In this document: one piece after another, positions 62,104 through 64,000 of the stretch
Position numbering within the stretch: position 1 is the stretch's first letter
Layout of the letters: every line of letters starts with the position of its first letter
Assembly (NCBI RefSeq): GCF_006345805.1
Contig: NC_043000.1
Location: forward strand, 82,956,001-83,020,000
Length of the DNA stretch: 64,000 bases
Reading direction: 5' to 3'
Source of the DNA: Octopus sinensis
Lineage: Eukaryota
Translations under genes and position numbers: made by a program
Notes under the pieces: model-generated
Seen by the model: only the letters and a program-made list of their open reading frames with translations
Databases searched by the model: none
Told to the model about the DNA's origin: nothing

Positions 62104-62589
62104 GACAGGCTTCTTTCAGTTTCTGTCTACCAAATCCATATATATACATATATGTATATTCTTTTCTAATCTAAGTACAAGGCCCAAAATTTTGAGGGAG
62201 GGAGCCAATCGATTAGCTCGACCCAAGTACACAACTGGTACTTAATTTATTGACCCCGAAAGGATGAAAGGCAAAGTTGATCTTGGTGGAATTCAAACAA
62301 TATATATATATTACACAATGATTTGGTGTGTTTATGTCCCTGTAACTAGCAGTTTGACAAAAGATGCTGATAGAATAAGTGCCATATTAAGAAAAATAAG
62401 TAATGGGGCCAATTCATTTGACTAAAAATTCTTCATGGCCATGGTCTAATGACTGAAACATGTAAAATAGAAAATATACTTATATGTATATCATATATGT
62501 GCATAGTTATGCAAAAAAAGTTCACTTTGCAGCCATGCTGTTCTGAATTCAGTCCCATTGCATGATATTACTATAACTATTGCTATTGC

Positions 62590-63575
62590 TCTTGCCACCA
62601 TCATTATCCCCACCATCACACTTTTATTGCTCTTATTCTATACTTGCATGGGTTGGGTGGCTCCTTTCCAATACAATACCTCACCATGTGTTGTATTCTT
62701 TTGCCATCTCTTTTGTTAGATTCAGCATTCTGAAATCAGTTTTCATCACACATACCCACATTCTCCATGGTTTTCCCTCTTTCAGTTTCCTTCCACATGA
62801 CTCTCCTGCAAATTTTTACCTCAAGAGTTATCATCCATGTTCTTTATATGTCCCTACCCATGCAGTTTTATCTCTTCTTCCTGATTCCTTTTATGCCTAG
62901 TTTATCTTTCAGCTTATCTGTACCGTGTCATTTATGCATACTAACATTACACATCCATCAGAGCATGCTTATGTCATTTCTCTCCAACCTTCATATATTC
63001 ACTGAATTCAATGGTCACATCTCACTACCATGTGGCATCACACTTTTTTTAGATATAGTGTGCAATCAATCATTTATTTAAAGAGAAAATCCTCTTGTTG
63101 CCAGCCTAGGTAATAACTTCCTGAACATTTTCCACTCAGTTATTTTTCTGGCTACTATGCTTTCAGCACAATCTTTCATAGCTGATTGGGCTGCATAGAT
63201 AACAAAGCTGCCAACTACTTCTGTAGAGCCTTCAAAGCATTAAAAAGGAGTTACATTACTGACTACTAATTACTTCTATACATCTACTACAACAGCTAGT
63301 TTGTGATCTTAGTGCACCCACTTCACAGTGTACACCACAGAAGTTACTACCTACTACTTTTTGCATCATGAACATATTTGAAGAATCTTGTCTGCTTTCC
63401 TACTTACTAAAACTTTGCTCTTTATCAAGTTTACCCCAAGGCCTCTCAATTCAGGTTTTTGTTTCTGTATATAGAAGTTCATTGCTGAGTTTTTCACAGA
63501 CTCTGCTATAAGGACATTAGTATATAGGACAGCTGGCCTCAAACTGCTCTGTTATAACCTGGAGAACTCTAATAA
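62590..63575 (-). mobile_element. old RTE LINE 3' remnant
   Basis: Reverse-complement similarity to the RTE ORF2 C-terminus and 3' tail motifs. Confidence 0.65.
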
Positions 63576-63847
63576 AATTGTATGTGTACATGTATGTTCA
63601 TGTATGTGTGTATGGATTTGTACATGCCTGTGTTTATGATTATACCAATCTACAAAGAAAGCTGGCATTGTTTATGTTATATCCTTTTATGTTCAATAAC
63701 TTTATGCATTGACAAGGTTTAATAAAATAAGTCCAAAACTGAAGACAGTACTTCAGCATTACTGTAGTCCAATCACTAGAAATACTAAAAGATGAAAAGA
63801 ATAAAGTAATATACATGTGTACATATAAGTGGCTATGAATTTTATAC

Positions 63848-64000
63848 CTTTAAATAGTGTCCATTCATATATAATATTTCAATAAGTGACTGGAGAGAAA
63901 AGATAAGTTGTCTACTAGGACATCGATAGTGATCAGAAAATAAATGCATATCAGGGATGATATCTTGAGTCAGAAAATTATCACCTACATTGTACATAGC
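63848..64000 (-). CDS. CFAP54: CFAP54 exon, truncated by the window edge (AMYNVGDNFLTQDIIPDMHLFSDHYRCPSRQLIFSLQSLIEILYMNGHYLK)
   Basis: Open frame ending AAG|gtataa, phase 0. Resembles human LLPGIELFSDRYR...ASLYYII. Confidence 0.85.

Overview
AT-rich eukaryotic DNA. Its SINE, RTE-LINE and MITE families and its microsatellite load point to an octopus (coleoid cephalopod). Two protein-coding genes lie on the minus strand. (1) The 3' part of CFAP54 runs from 64000 down to 13079. I traced 19 GT-AG exons by hand; they join into one open frame of about 1083 aa that follows the human CFAP54 C-terminal region motif by motif (compared from memory). (2) A complete RAD51B (5345..6421) has no intron in its coding sequence, only a candidate 77-nt 5'UTR intron. 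An orphan exon candidate at 2162..2350 suggests RAD51B may share its first exon with, and sit inside intron 1 of, a downstream gene. The introns are filled with decayed transposons: RTE LINEs, tRNA-derived SINEs, mariner, Tigger/pogo, hAT, piggyBac-type and Helentron-type MITEs, a probable solo LTR and Penelope-like remnants. The most unusual stretch is the CFAP54 intron at about 39-44 kb. It holds a 2x200-bp near-perfect palindrome, a Penelope-like GIY-YIG fragment and several hammerhead ribozyme motifs, one of them sense to the CFAP54 pre-mRNA and preceded by its own antisense copy. No alignments or searches were run, and TE boundaries are approximate.
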